A stretch of 51,627 nt of DNA from an uncultured Hymenobacter sp. Lineage in GTDB: Bacteria > Bacteroidota > Bacteroidia > Cytophagales > Hymenobacteraceae. How positions within the stretch are numbered: the stretch's first letter is position 1; each line of letters begins with the position of its first letter. The stretch spans positions 1 to 51,627 of the forward strand of contig CAXTCS010000001.1 of the NCBI GenBank assembly GCA_964242365.1, written 5' to 3'. The notes under the pieces were generated by a model. That model made no database searches. It was not told the DNA's origin and saw only the letters and a list, made by a program, of their open reading frames with translations. A program made the translations under genes and the position numbers. Positions 1 through 10,026 of this stretch are shown here, piece after piece.

Positions 1-1808
1 GCCTCCTGGAAAATCTGGCGCTCCAACTCCGTCACGTAGCCTTGCAGCTCGGCCGAGTACTCGCCCATCGCCACCGAGTCGATGCGCACGCCCTCGTACT
101 CGATGCTGCTGAGCACCGGCACCAGCGGGTTCTCTACGGTGTTCAGCAGCTCCAGCAGACCGAGCTCTTTCAGCATCGGCTCGAACGCGTGCTTAAGCTG
201 CAAGGTCACGTCGGCGTCCTCGCAGGCGTAGTCCTTCACTTGGGCCGGAGCAATGTCGGCCATCGTGATTTGCTTCTTGCCCTTGGGCCCGATGAGGTCG
301 GTGATGGGCACCGGAGCATAATGCAGATAGGTTTCGGCCAGCACGTCCATGTTGTGGCGCATGTCGGGCTCGATGAGGTAATGCGCCAGCATCGTGTCGA
401 ACAGCGGCCCGCTCACCTCCACGCCGTAATGCCGCAGAATGGTGAGGTCGTACTTGATGTTCTGGCCGATTTTGAGGATGTTTTGGGCCTCGAAAAAGGG
501 GCAGAATTCGTCCACGATGGCCTGGGTAGCGGCCTGGTCGTCGGCCGGCACGGGCACGTAGTACGCCTCGCCCGGCAGCCAGCAGAAGCTCAGCCCCACC
601 AGCCGCGCCGTCATAATGTCGAGCCCGGTGGTTTCGGTGTCAAAACTGACCTCATTTTGTTGCAATAGAAACGCCAACAGCGACTTGCGCCGCTCCGGCG
701 TGTCCATCATGTGGTACTGGTACGGCACGTCCTCCAACCGGCGGCGCGGGCCACTGGGCGCACCAAAACCGTTGGTTTCGCCCTCCTCGGCCCCGATGGC
801 CACGGCGGCATCTTCACTATTTCCAAACAGCGAGGCCTGGCCGCCGGCCGCCACGCGGGGCCGGCGCGCGCCGGTGGTGCCGGGCTTGGCCACGCTGGCC
901 GGGGTGCGGCCGGGGCCGCCGCTGAGCACGCGGGCCGCCAGCTGCCGAAACTCCAGCTCGTCGAACAGCTCGCGCAGCACCGCTTCGTCGGGCGCGTCGA
1001 GCACCAGCTTGTCGGCCTCAAACTCCAGCGGCACGTTCACGTGAATGGTAGCCAGCTCCTTGCTCATCAGCCCCTGCTCGGCGAAGTTGCGCACGTTTTC
1101 CTGCTGCTTGCCCTTCAGCTCGTCCACGTTGGCCAGCAGGTTCTCGACCGAGCCGTACTTCTGAATCAGGGTCTTGGCCGTTTTCTCGCCAATGCCGGGA
1201 ATGCCCGGAATGTTGTCGCTGGCGTCGCCCTGCAACCCCAGGATGTCAATCACCTGCTCCACCCGCTCAATCTCAAAGCGGGCCAGCACGTGGGCCACGT
1301 CCAGAATCTCGGCCGCGTTGCCCATGAACGCCGGCCGGTAAATTTTGATGTTTTCCGTCACCAGCTGGCAGTAGTCCTTGTCCGGCGTCATCATAAACAC
1401 CTCAAAACCCGCCTGTTCGGCCTTCTGCGCCAGCGTCCCAATCACGTCGTCGGCCTCAAAGCCGTCCATCATCAGAATGGGAATGTGGAAGCCCTGAATG
1501 ATTTTCTTGATGTACGGAATGGCGATGCCAATATCCTCCGGCATGGCCTGGCGCTGCGCCTTGTAGGCCGCAAACTGCTCGTGGCGGAAGGTCTTTTTCG
1601 GCCCGTCGAAGCACACGCCGATGTGGGTGGGCTTTTCCTTTTGCAGCACCTCCACCAGCGTGTTGGTGAAGCCGAGCACGGCCCCCGTATTCATCCCCTT
1701 GGAGTTGATGCGCGGGTTTTTGCTGAACGCGAAGTGCGAGCGGTAAATCAGGGCAAAGGCGTCGAGCAGAAAGAGCTTTTTGGAGGCGGTGGGCGCGGTA
1801 TCGGTCAT
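1..1808 (-). CDS. polA: DNA polymerase I (partial; 3' end runs off the left edge)
   Basis: Manual minus-strand translation from ATG at 1808 gives MTDTAPTASKKLFLLDAFALIYRSHFAFSKNPRINSKG. It has 5'-3' exonuclease motifs (GFEADDVIGTLA, GDASDNIPGIPGIGEKTA) and the 3'-5' exonuclease motif FDTET. It is absent from the ORF track because there is no stop in the window. Confidence 0.97.
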   Translation of the reverse strand, partial: MTDTAPTASKKLFLLDAFALIYRSHFAFSKNPRINSKGMNTGAVLGFTNTLVEVLQKEKPTHIGVCFDGPKKTFRHEQFAAYKAQRQAMPEDIGIAIPYIKKIIQGFHIPILMMDGFEADDVIGTLAQKAEQAGFEVFMMTPDKDYCQLVTENIKIYRPAFMGNAAEILDVAHVLARFEIERVEQVIDILGLQGDASDNIPGIPGIGEKTAKTLIQKYGSVENLLANVDELKGKQQENVRNFAEQGLMSKELATIHVNVPLEFEADKLVLDAPDEAVLRELFDELEFRQLAARVLSGGPGRTPASVAKPGTTGARRPRVAAGGQASLFGNSEDAAVAIGAEEGETNGFGAPSGPRRRLEDVPYQYHMMDTPERRKSLLAFLLQQNEVSFDTETTGLDIMTARLVGLSFCWLPGEAYYVPVPADDQAATQAIVDEFCPFFEAQNILKIGQNIKYDLTILRHYGVEVSGPLFDTMLAHYLIEPDMRHNMDVLAETYLHYAPVPITDLIGPKGKKQITMADIAPAQVKDYACEDADVTLQLKHAFEPMLKELGLLELLNTVENPLVPVLSSIEYEGVRIDSVAMGEYSAELQGYVTELERQIFQE

Positions 1809-1953
1809 GGAGGCGAAGGTACGGGGCAAGGGAAGTCCTTGGCTAAAATAAGGGCCTTTTTCGGGCCCAAGGGGGCTGACTGCGGCAAACGCGTGGTCAG
1901 CCCCTCGGCCCACGGTCCTCAATCCGGGCTTTCAACCAACGCCTTGCCAGCGG

Positions 1954-4386
1954 CTACAGCGTCGGCTTCACCTCCAGCACCAAGCTGGTGCTGCCCGGCT
2001 GCCCGGCTGCCGAGAGGCCCTGCACCACCACCAGGTAGCGGCCGGCCTGGTCGCCGGTATAAAAATCCAGCGTCCGGGCTTCGGGTCCGGTCAGGGCAAT
2101 TTCAGGGTTCCAGTAAAGCAGGTTGCGCAGGTCGGGCAGGCGGCTTTGCGCGGCCTGGGGCGTGGCGTAGCGCGGCGCGTAGAACTCCCGCTGCCGCTGC
2201 ACGCCCTCGTACTGCTGCACCAGCACCCGCGGGTCGAGCGGAAACCCTTCCAAATCACCTTTGTAGGTAGTGAAACTGACAATCCCATTATAAGCCGCCA
2301 AGCCGTGGAAATACCGTCCATCGACAACTTCCAGCTTCTGAATCTTTAGCGGATTCATGGCCATTATTTTATTGGTGTTGAACACCGGTACCCCGTCCAA
2401 TAGCACCATAGGGTTTCCCTCCAGCACGGTTTTATTCAGCTTGTCCACCACTATCAGGTGGAAACCATCTTTCCGAATCCGGACGATTACGCCCGGCACG
2501 TATTCCCGCAAAACTTCTTCCATCACCTTAAACCGGGTGTACTTATCCAGGAAATACGTTTCGGTGGGCTTGCCGTAAAAAGGCAGGCTATCCACCGGCT
2601 CGGGGGCGTACCGGTTGCGGTACTTGCCGCCAAACACGTCCTGCACCTGGGCCTGCAAGTGCCGCTTCGCGTAGTCGCTTTGGAAGCGCGCCGTGAGGCC
2701 AAAAGGCGGCAGCGGCGTGCTGGCAAAGCGCGCCGAAAAAGGGTCGAGCACGGCGAGCTGGCACGTGCTGTCCTGCGAGGCGTCGGTTTGCAGCATGATT
2801 TCCTGAGGCCGGGGAAATTGATTCAACTCAAACTGCACCAGGCCCTGGTCATTGCTTTGGGCATTGCTCAGCCGGGTGACGCGACTGGGCGCGGCCAGAT
2901 ACGCCGTGATGCCCCGCCGGGGCTGGCGGGTACCGGCCTGCGTGAGCTGGGCCCGCACCAGGGGGCCGTTGGGTTCGGGCAGGTAATCGAACGGCTTGGG
3001 CGCAGTCGCCAGCACGTCCTCCCACCGAAAGCGGCTCCAGCCCTGGGTCAGCAACAGGTTATCGGTGGCTTCGGCGGCCTCCGGGCCGGTGGCCGTGAAA
3101 TAATAGTCCGGGTTTTCGACGGGGCCCTGCAAGTCGGACGTGAGCCCGAGGTAGCGGTCGATGGCCGGGCCGGGTGCTGCAGTGAGCGAGTCAAGCCGGT
3201 AAACCGCCATCGATAAGCTGGCCGTTGCCGGAAGCTGCTGGTCGGCCACGGCCACCTGCACACTCACCTTGTCGCGCGTGGTGTATTGCGGCTTATCGGC
3301 GTGGGCCGCGATGGCGAGCCGATGCTTCGGCACCTGGAAATAGAGCCGCTCGCACACCGGCTTTTGGTCGGCGTTGAAAAGGGTGAAATGGGAAACACCG
3401 TCTAGCAAGGCCGTTTTGTTGACCGCGAACGTGGCCTTTCCGTCAACCAGCTGCATTCGGGCCGCCAGGGCAATTTTCTGCCGCGAGTGGCCGAGCAAGA
3501 AAACGGTTTCCGGCCGGGTGCTCGTGCTCGTAACAGTCAACGTCAATTGGTCGGCCCCGGTATTTTCCAGGTGCATTACGTAGCCCTGCTCGTATGGCCG
3601 GGGCAGCGGGCGGGTTACGGCCCGGCTCCGGCCCAGCGTCACAACCGCCGTGTACGTGTCCTGATTCGCCGCCGGGGTAAACACAAAATTGCCCATGCCC
3701 AGCCGAAGCGTTTTGAACGTGGCCACCACGGTGCCGCTCTGGTTGAGCACCTTGCCTTCGGCCGCTACGCCCCGGCCGGCTTTGTCGGTCACCTTGAACG
3801 CTACCCGGCTGCGGAGCCCGCGAACGAGGTTGCCGCCTTCCGGAAAAAACCGGGCGTCGTAGGTAGCCGAATCCTTGCTGCCCGCGCCCGAGGCGACCGA
3901 GGTGTTAATCACCGTCACGGCGCGCTGAAAATACGCGTCGGGGCTGAAGTTTTTCATCCAGCTGGTGTAGGCCCGCACGGTGTAGCTGCCCGCCGCCAGC
4001 GACGCCGGCAGCACGAAAGAGCCTTGGCCAACGGCGGTTTTCAACGCCACTTTGCCCTGCAGCACGGGCCGATTCCCGGCATCCAGCACTTCTACATAGG
4101 CCACGCTGCTCAGCGCCAGCGGCCGGGAGTAGGTGCCATCCACCGCGTAGATTTTAAACCACATGGTTTCGCCGCTGAGGTACACCGGCCGGTCGAGGTG
4201 CAGGAAGAGCTTTTCGTGCGGCCCGCGCTGCTCGTACCGGGCCAGCTTGCGGGTAATTCCCCCTAAAGAGTCTGCCGGGCTGTTCTGGGCAGCTGCGGTG
4301 CGGGCCGTAGCCAGCCCGAGCAGCAAGGCCAGGCCGTGGCCCACCAGCCCAAGCCATTTGCGGAAAATCGAAGCTTGATAGCGCAT
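1954..4386 (-). CDS. Exported protein with macroglobulin (MG2)-like N-terminus and C-terminal TonB-plug-like domain, no beta-barrel
   Basis: 810 aa ORF with a signal peptide. EKLFLHLDRPVYLSGETMWFKIY is MG2-like; PMVLLDGVPV...IQKLEVV...GIVSFTT is plug-like. Last gene of the TBDR operon. Confidence 0.75.
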   Translation of the reverse strand: MRYQASIFRKWLGLVGHGLALLLGLATARTAAAQNSPADSLGGITRKLARYEQRGPHEKLFLHLDRPVYLSGETMWFKIYAVDGTYSRPLALSSVAYVEVLDAGNRPVLQGKVALKTAVGQGSFVLPASLAAGSYTVRAYTSWMKNFSPDAYFQRAVTVINTSVASGAGSKDSATYDARFFPEGGNLVRGLRSRVAFKVTDKAGRGVAAEGKVLNQSGTVVATFKTLRLGMGNFVFTPAANQDTYTAVVTLGRSRAVTRPLPRPYEQGYVMHLENTGADQLTLTVTSTSTRPETVFLLGHSRQKIALAARMQLVDGKATFAVNKTALLDGVSHFTLFNADQKPVCERLYFQVPKHRLAIAAHADKPQYTTRDKVSVQVAVADQQLPATASLSMAVYRLDSLTAAPGPAIDRYLGLTSDLQGPVENPDYYFTATGPEAAEATDNLLLTQGWSRFRWEDVLATAPKPFDYLPEPNGPLVRAQLTQAGTRQPRRGITAYLAAPSRVTRLSNAQSNDQGLVQFELNQFPRPQEIMLQTDASQDSTCQLAVLDPFSARFASTPLPPFGLTARFQSDYAKRHLQAQVQDVFGGKYRNRYAPEPVDSLPFYGKPTETYFLDKYTRFKVMEEVLREYVPGVIVRIRKDGFHLIVVDKLNKTVLEGNPMVLLDGVPVFNTNKIMAMNPLKIQKLEVVDGRYFHGLAAYNGIVSFTTYKGDLEGFPLDPRVLVQQYEGVQRQREFYAPRYATPQAAQSRLPDLRNLLYWNPEIALTGPEARTLDFYTGDQAGRYLVVVQGLSAAGQPGSTSLVLEVKPTL

Positions 4387-4406
4387 AGATTTTACAAGCG
4401 AAACGA

Positions 4407-5588
4407 TTACCAGAAGGCTGGCCGAACCGCCGCGCCGCGCGTGCGGCAGTCCACACAGTCGTTGGATTTGGTAGTATAGCCCACTAGTGCTCCGGCTTTG
4501 CTGTAAATGGCCTCAATAGGCAAAGAACCCGAGCCCGGAGCAAAAGCAGCGGCCAGTATTGCTTCGGGATAACGAACGGGCGGGGGCCGGTCGATGAAGA
4601 CGGAGTCGGGCGGCAGGCAATTTTCGTAGCCCGTCGAGACTGTCCAAGCGCTGGGCAGTTCCTGCCGGCGAATGAAAATGCGCTTTTCCGTGAGCGAGTG
4701 CGCCCCGACAAAGCCCAGGGCAAGGTCGGCAGCGTTGCTGAGGCAGTGCACGTTGCCGGTGACCTGGGCGGGCTGCGGGTCGAAGAGCGTGCCGATGCTT
4801 TCGGTGTTTTTGCGCAGCAGCTCCCAATAGGCGTATTCTTCTTTGGTCAGGGCCTGCTGCTGTACCAAAATACTGTAGCGCGAATACAGGCGCTCGGAAG
4901 TGGCAGGCAGCTGCCGCACCCGGAAGTCGGCCACCACGTCTTGGCTCAGGGCCGTGGTTTTGTCGATTTGCACCACCGTGGAGTGGGCGTTTCCCCAGCA
5001 AATGGTTGGGTACGGCACCACGATGTCGCGTATTTTACCCCCAACATACTCCACCTGGGGCCGGTAAACCGGGGTTATTTCCCAGGTTTCGTCGGTTTCC
5101 CAGCGGTAATACTGCGTGGCGCCGGTGGCATCGTGGGCGTTGACGAAGATGTTCACCCCTGTGTTTTCGGCCCGCCAATGCACCTCGTCGATGGGTGGGG
5201 TGATTTTAACGGGCTCGAAATCGGAGGCGTATTCCTGGCCCGCCAGCGTGGTGAGGTGCAGCCGGTAGCGCCTGGCCGTGTTCAGCACCAGCGGCGCCGA
5301 GGCGTAGGTGCCGGCCGGGCCCTCCGCCAAGGCAAAGCGGGGGCCGGCTTCTTCTTCGAGGTAGGCCGTGGCCTTGGCTTCGGCGGGGGGGGCCTTGGCC
5401 GACGCGATGGCGTAGGTGCGCGAAAGCTTGATGGTGGTCACGCCCTGGGCGTTGAGGAAGCCGTCGACCACCAGGTAGCTCGGCGGCGTGCGGATGATGT
5501 CGGGCAAATAGGGGTCGGTGCAGCCCGCAAACAGCAGTGCCAGGCACCAGACCAAGGCCCGCCGGGCCGGGAAAAAGGAGGCGCTCAT
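4407..5588 (-). CDS. DUF4249-like lipoprotein
   Basis: Lipobox LFAGC, LVVDGFL and IKLSRT motifs, C-terminal CVDCR. Directly downstream of a TonB-dependent receptor, the usual context for this family. Confidence 0.85.
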   Translation of the reverse strand: MSASFFPARRALVWCLALLFAGCTDPYLPDIIRTPPSYLVVDGFLNAQGVTTIKLSRTYAIASAKAPPAEAKATAYLEEEAGPRFALAEGPAGTYASAPLVLNTARRYRLHLTTLAGQEYASDFEPVKITPPIDEVHWRAENTGVNIFVNAHDATGATQYYRWETDETWEITPVYRPQVEYVGGKIRDIVVPYPTICWGNAHSTVVQIDKTTALSQDVVADFRVRQLPATSERLYSRYSILVQQQALTKEEYAYWELLRKNTESIGTLFDPQPAQVTGNVHCLSNAADLALGFVGAHSLTEKRIFIRRQELPSAWTVSTGYENCLPPDSVFIDRPPPVRYPEAILAAAFAPGSGSLPIEAIYSKAGALVGYTTKSNDCVDCRTRGAAVRPAFW

Positions 5589-8357
5589 CTAGAATTTGAA
5601 GTTGTAGGTAACGGTCGGAATGGGCTGCCCGAAGATGGACAACTGGTAGCCCTTGATTTGCCCATTAACGGACTTGAAGTAAATGGAATAGGGGTTGCGG
5701 CGCCCGGTGAGGTTGTACACGCCCACCGTCCAGGAGCTGTGGGCCAGTTTCTTCACTTGGTGGCCGCCTTCGATGTTCAGGGCCAAATCGAGGCGCAGGT
5801 AGTCGGGCACCCGGTACTCGTTGCGGTCGGAATAAAACACGCGCAACGAGTTGCCCACGTAGTACTTGGCCAGCGGCAGCGTAATGGGCCGGCCGGTGCT
5901 GTAAGTAAAGTTCAGCGAGGTGCTGAAGCGCCGGCTGAAGCGGTAGTTGCCCACCAGCGTAAAGTCGTGGGGCTTGTCGAAATTGCTGGGGTAGTAGCGG
6001 CCGCCGTTCACCATGTCGGCGGTGGTGGCCGCGTTCACCTGCACCAGCGAGCGGGAGTAAGTGTAGCTCACCCAGCCGTTGAGCTTGCCGGTGAGCTTCT
6101 TCACAAATAATTCGACCCCGTAAGCCTTGCCTTGGGCGTTGATGATGTCCGTTTCGATGTGGTGGTTGAGGATGAGCGTCGCGCCGCTTTTGTAGTCCAC
6201 AAAGTCGCGCAACGATTTGTAGTAGGTTTCGCCCGATGCCTCGATGGTGTTGGCCTTGAAGTTGCGGTAGTACCCCACCGAATACTGGTCGCCGATTTGC
6301 GGGCGGATGTTGTTGTCGCTGAGCTTCCACACGTCGGTCGGCGACACCGAGGCCGTGTTGGTTAGCTGGTGAATGTACTGGCGGGTGCGGGTGTAGCTGG
6401 CTTTCACCGACGAGTTATCGGGCAGCGAGTACCGCGTCGAGAGGCGGTATTCCGGGCCGTGGTAGGTGGCCAGCACCTTGTTGGCGCCGTACTGCACGGT
6501 GTCGATAATGGAGGCTTCGGTGCGCGAGTCGCCCGGCGCGTACCGGTACACCGCCCGCGGCCCCAGCGCCTGGAACAGGGAATAGCGCAGGCCCGCCGAA
6601 ACCGAAAAGCGGGGCGTAATATCAAACCGGTCGGAAGCATACAAGGCACTTTCCAGGGCTTTTTCCGGGGGCAGCACGTCGGGCCGCACCAGCGACGTGG
6701 CCCCCAGCGGCCGGAAGCTGCCCGGCGAAATGCTGTACAGCTGCGAGCTGGCCCCAAAGTCGACGGTGTGCCGGGAATTGGGAAAGTAGCTGAAATCGGC
6801 CCGCAGGCCCGTCTGGTTGATGGCGTACTTCAGCTGCGAGGCCGAAACCTCGTTTTTTTCGCTGGTCACGTCGTAGTCGTAGTGGCTAAAGGTGCCGGTG
6901 AGCACGCCGTAGAGCTGGTTGGTGAAGTTGTGCCGCCACTTCAGGCTGGCGGCTTGGTTGGTGTAGTGGTAGGCGGTGTCGCTGGCCAGCCGAAACCGGT
7001 CCGAGCTGAAATAGCCGGTGGCGTACACCGAATTTTTCTCGCTGAACTCGTGGCTGACGTGGGCCGTGATGTCGTAGAACGAAGCCGCGCTTTGCCTGAA
7101 GTTCTTGTCGGACAGCTGTTGCAGCAGCCAGTCGGAGTAGCTGGCGCGGCCGCTCACGATGAACGAGCTTTTGTCTTTCACCAGCGGCCCTTCCAGCGTG
7201 AGGCGGCTGGTGAGCGGCCCGATGCCGCCCGAGCCGGACAGCTTTTTCTTGTTGCCTTCGCGGGTGGTGATGTCGAGCACCGACGACAAGCGCCCGCCGT
7301 ACTTGGCCGGAATGGCGCTTTTGTAGAGCTCCACGCCCTGCAAAATGTCGGGGTTGAAAGCCGAAAAGAAGCCAAACAGGTGCGAGGGGTTATAAATGGT
7401 GGCGTCGTTGAACAGAATCAGGTTCTGGTCGGTCGCGCCGCCGCGCACGTTGAGGCCCGTGCTGCCTTCGCCCACCGATTTCACGCCCGGCAGCGTCAGG
7501 ATTACCCGCAGAATATCGGTTTCGCCGAAAACCGTGGGCACCTGGCGCATGGTCTTGATGTCGAGCTTTTCGAGGCCCATTTGCATGCCCGACACGTTTT
7601 TGTCTTTCTCGGCCTCAATCACCACTTCTTTCAGGGTCACGATGTCCTCTTCTACTTCAATGTCGAGCTTGCCGTTGGCCCGCAGCACAACCTGGCGCTT
7701 GGTGTTTTTGATGCCCACGCCCCGAATCTTCAGGTCGTAGCGCCCCACCGGCAGCGTGAGCGAGAAATACCCAAACTGGTCGGTGCTGGCGCCAATGTTG
7801 GGCGACTCGCTGTAAATGGACGCCCCAATCACCGGCTCGCCCGATTTCTGGTCGCGGATGTGGCCGGCCAGCGTGGCCCGGCCGCTCCCGCTGCCGGCCG
7901 CCCCAATTTCGTACACCCGGTACTCGGCGGCGCTGACGTAGCGCGAGCGCCCGGTGGGCCCGGCCGCCACGGGCTCGTCGCCCCGGGCCACGGCGGGCGC
8001 GTCGGCTTTGGGCTGGAAAAAGCTTGCCGGCAAGGCCGGGTCGATGACGACGCCCGAGGAAACGAATACCCGGTTCTCGTCGTCGATGGCAAAGTGAAAG
8101 GCCGTGTTTTGCAGCGCTTGCTGCAACACGGCGCGCACCGGCTGCGCTTGGGCCTGCAACGTAACAAAGAGGCTGTCGACGGCGGCAGGGTCGAAGTAGA
8201 ACCGGAAATTCGTCTGGGCTTCGAGCTGGCTGGCAAACTGCTCGAAGGGCAGGTGAACAAAGTTGCCGCTTACCGTTTTTTCGGCTTGCTGCCCGTGGCT
8301 GGGAAGGCGCAGCAGGATGAAAAACAGCACCAGAAGGGCTGAATAAGCGTGCTTCAT
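5589..8357 (-). CDS. TonB-dependent receptor with N-terminal STN-like and carboxypeptidase-regulatory-like domains
   Basis: Likely start MKHAYSALLV at 8357 (signal peptide). Plug motif LPGVKSVGEG...NVRGGATDQN; terminal YNFKF. Confidence 0.93.
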   Translation of the reverse strand: MKHAYSALLVLFFILLRLPSHGQQAEKTVSGNFVHLPFEQFASQLEAQTNFRFYFDPAAVDSLFVTLQAQAQPVRAVLQQALQNTAFHFAIDDENRVFVSSGVVIDPALPASFFQPKADAPAVARGDEPVAAGPTGRSRYVSAAEYRVYEIGAAGSGSGRATLAGHIRDQKSGEPVIGASIYSESPNIGASTDQFGYFSLTLPVGRYDLKIRGVGIKNTKRQVVLRANGKLDIEVEEDIVTLKEVVIEAEKDKNVSGMQMGLEKLDIKTMRQVPTVFGETDILRVILTLPGVKSVGEGSTGLNVRGGATDQNLILFNDATIYNPSHLFGFFSAFNPDILQGVELYKSAIPAKYGGRLSSVLDITTREGNKKKLSGSGGIGPLTSRLTLEGPLVKDKSSFIVSGRASYSDWLLQQLSDKNFRQSAASFYDITAHVSHEFSEKNSVYATGYFSSDRFRLASDTAYHYTNQAASLKWRHNFTNQLYGVLTGTFSHYDYDVTSEKNEVSASQLKYAINQTGLRADFSYFPNSRHTVDFGASSQLYSISPGSFRPLGATSLVRPDVLPPEKALESALYASDRFDITPRFSVSAGLRYSLFQALGPRAVYRYAPGDSRTEASIIDTVQYGANKVLATYHGPEYRLSTRYSLPDNSSVKASYTRTRQYIHQLTNTASVSPTDVWKLSDNNIRPQIGDQYSVGYYRNFKANTIEASGETYYKSLRDFVDYKSGATLILNHHIETDIINAQGKAYGVELFVKKLTGKLNGWVSYTYSRSLVQVNAATTADMVNGGRYYPSNFDKPHDFTLVGNYRFSRRFSTSLNFTYSTGRPITLPLAKYYVGNSLRVFYSDRNEYRVPDYLRLDLALNIEGGHQVKKLAHSSWTVGVYNLTGRRNPYSIYFKSVNGQIKGYQLSIFGQPIPTVTYNFKF

Positions 8358-8400
8358 AGATAAAGAAAGAATAGCGGAAAGGGCACCGGGGAGCTGGCAG

Positions 8401-9159
8401 CTAGTGGCTGGCTGGGGGCAGCGTGCAATAGTAGCCTGCCAATTGAACGATGATGGATTCGAGCGGCGCATTCCGGAACGCGGACTTCTGCTGCTTGAGG
8501 TAGTCCTGCATTTCCTTGCTATGGTCCGAAAACAAACGCAGGGCGGCCGATTTTTTGTTGATGGGATAGTACGTGCCGGCTTTTTTGATAAACAACCGGT
8601 CGGTCGAGGTGAACTCGGCATTGATGTAGGGCTGCGCGATGTGCTCCTGCAAGCGCTTGGCCCGTTTTGCTACTACCTGAACGGTGCCATCGAGCAGCAT
8701 TTCGAAAAAGCCCGTGTGGATAACCGTGCCCCCCGAACTATCGGCGACCAGCCGGACAAAATGGTGGTTGTTAACGGTGAAATAGCGCACCCGCTCGTTG
8801 ACGAGCCGCAGCGCCAGGGGGCTACCGGGCTGAGAGAGTACCACTTGGTCGAGCACCACGTCGTAGGCCAAGTGCAAATCCGCGAAATACTGGTTGTTGT
8901 AGTACACGCTGCCGGCCTGCTTTTCGGGCGACAAAAAAAACTGGTGGCCGTTGCGCGTATGGTACCGCTGGGCGTAGTCAACGTATTCGGGCCCGCTGAA
9001 CAGCTGCGGGTTGCCCACGAACGAGTTGTTGTATTGTTTTTGCGCGGTCTCGACGGCGGCCGATACCAGCCCGTCGGGCGCGGGAGTCTGGCCAAAAGCG
9101 TGTAAACTCAGGGCGAGCATACCCAAAAAAGCAAGCAGAACATGGCAGCGCGTTTTCAT
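8401..9159 (-). CDS. Exported hypothetical protein, first gene of the TBDR operon
   Basis: 252 aa ORF with signal peptide (LSLHAFG-Q); same strand as and just upstream of the TBDR. Confidence 0.8.
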   Translation of the reverse strand: MKTRCHVLLAFLGMLALSLHAFGQTPAPDGLVSAAVETAQKQYNNSFVGNPQLFSGPEYVDYAQRYHTRNGHQFFLSPEKQAGSVYYNNQYFADLHLAYDVVLDQVVLSQPGSPLALRLVNERVRYFTVNNHHFVRLVADSSGGTVIHTGFFEMLLDGTVQVVAKRAKRLQEHIAQPYINAEFTSTDRLFIKKAGTYYPINKKSAALRLFSDHSKEMQDYLKQQKSAFRNAPLESIIVQLAGYYCTLPPASH

Positions 9160-9411
9160 GCGGGTAGAACAAGAAGGGTTTTTATTGACCAGCGCCCGGG
9201 CTGGTAAGGGGGCTGTTTGGCTTGGTGCGCGAACAGAAGCGGTGTGCTAAAGGCAAGTGGGCTGGTAAATGACGGCCCGAAAAAGGCCTCGGGCAGGGTA
9301 GGCTTATCCGCGGCAACAATGGCGGTATTGGCCAAAGAGCCGAATATACGGAACGAGTTGATGGCAGCCGCCGTCCGGCAACATTTCCCGCCAATTGCGT
9401 ACACCCAGCCC

Positions 9412-10026
9412 ATGCGCTACCTCTCCCTCGACCTCGAAACTTCGGGCCCGACCCCCGGCCGCCACCAGGTGCTGGAGCTGGCCGCCGTGGTCGAAGACAG
9501 CCGCCAGGCGCTGCCGCTGGCCGAGCTGCCCGCTTTCCGGCGCGTGGTGCGCCACCCCGAGTACGTGGGCACGGCCGGGGCGCTGGCCCTCAACGCCCGC
9601 CTGCTGGTCGAACTGGCCCAGAAAACGCCGAACCCGGAGCTGTGCGGCCCCGACGAGCTGCTGCCCCAGCTCCGCGGGTTTTTGCTGGCCCACGGCTTCC
9701 GGCCCGACAAAAAAGACTGCGTGGCCCTGACGATGGCCGGCAAAAACATTGCTTCGTACGACCTCGGCTTTCTCCGGGCGCTGCCCGGTTGGGGCACGCT
9801 CGTGCGCGCCGAGCCGGCCATGCTCGACCCGGCGGCCTTCTACCTCAACTGGCGCAAAGACTCGCGGCTGCCGTCGATGAGCACCTGCAAGGCCCGCGCC
9901 CGCTTCGACGACCACACCGTGGCCCACGAAGCCCTGGCCGATGCCCTGGACGTGGTGCGCCTGCTGCGCCCTTTTTATGAGCGGCCGGCGTACCAGCAGG
10001 CGAACGCGGCGGACAACGCCGACTAA
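9412..10026 (+). CDS. DEDDh-family 3'-5' exonuclease
   Basis: Start MRYLSLDLETSG (ExoI DxE), GKNIASYDLGFL (ExoII), HEALADALD (ExoIII). Confidence 0.8.
   Translation: MRYLSLDLETSGPTPGRHQVLELAAVVEDSRQALPLAELPAFRRVVRHPEYVGTAGALALNARLLVELAQKTPNPELCGPDELLPQLRGFLLAHGFRPDKKDCVALTMAGKNIASYDLGFLRALPGWGTLVRAEPAMLDPAAFYLNWRKDSRLPSMSTCKARARFDDHTVAHEALADALDVVRLLRPFYERPAYQQANAADNAD

Noticed and set aside
42-2270. Long plus-strand ORFs (42-668, 711-2270)
   Set aside because: Antisense shadows of polA caused by high GC3; no recognisable motifs.
4698-8342. Long plus-strand ORFs opposite the TBDR operon, and similar antisense ORFs elsewhere (e.g. 41803-43071, 49385-50989)
   Set aside because: They fully overlap well-supported genes on the other strand and have typical shadow-ORF composition.
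8358-8621. N-terminal extension of the TBDR in the ORF track
   Set aside because: It overlaps the upstream gene, and the signal peptide starts at 8357. Similar over-extended starts were trimmed for the ORFs at 9217, 19435, 28280, 29740, 29697 and 32800.
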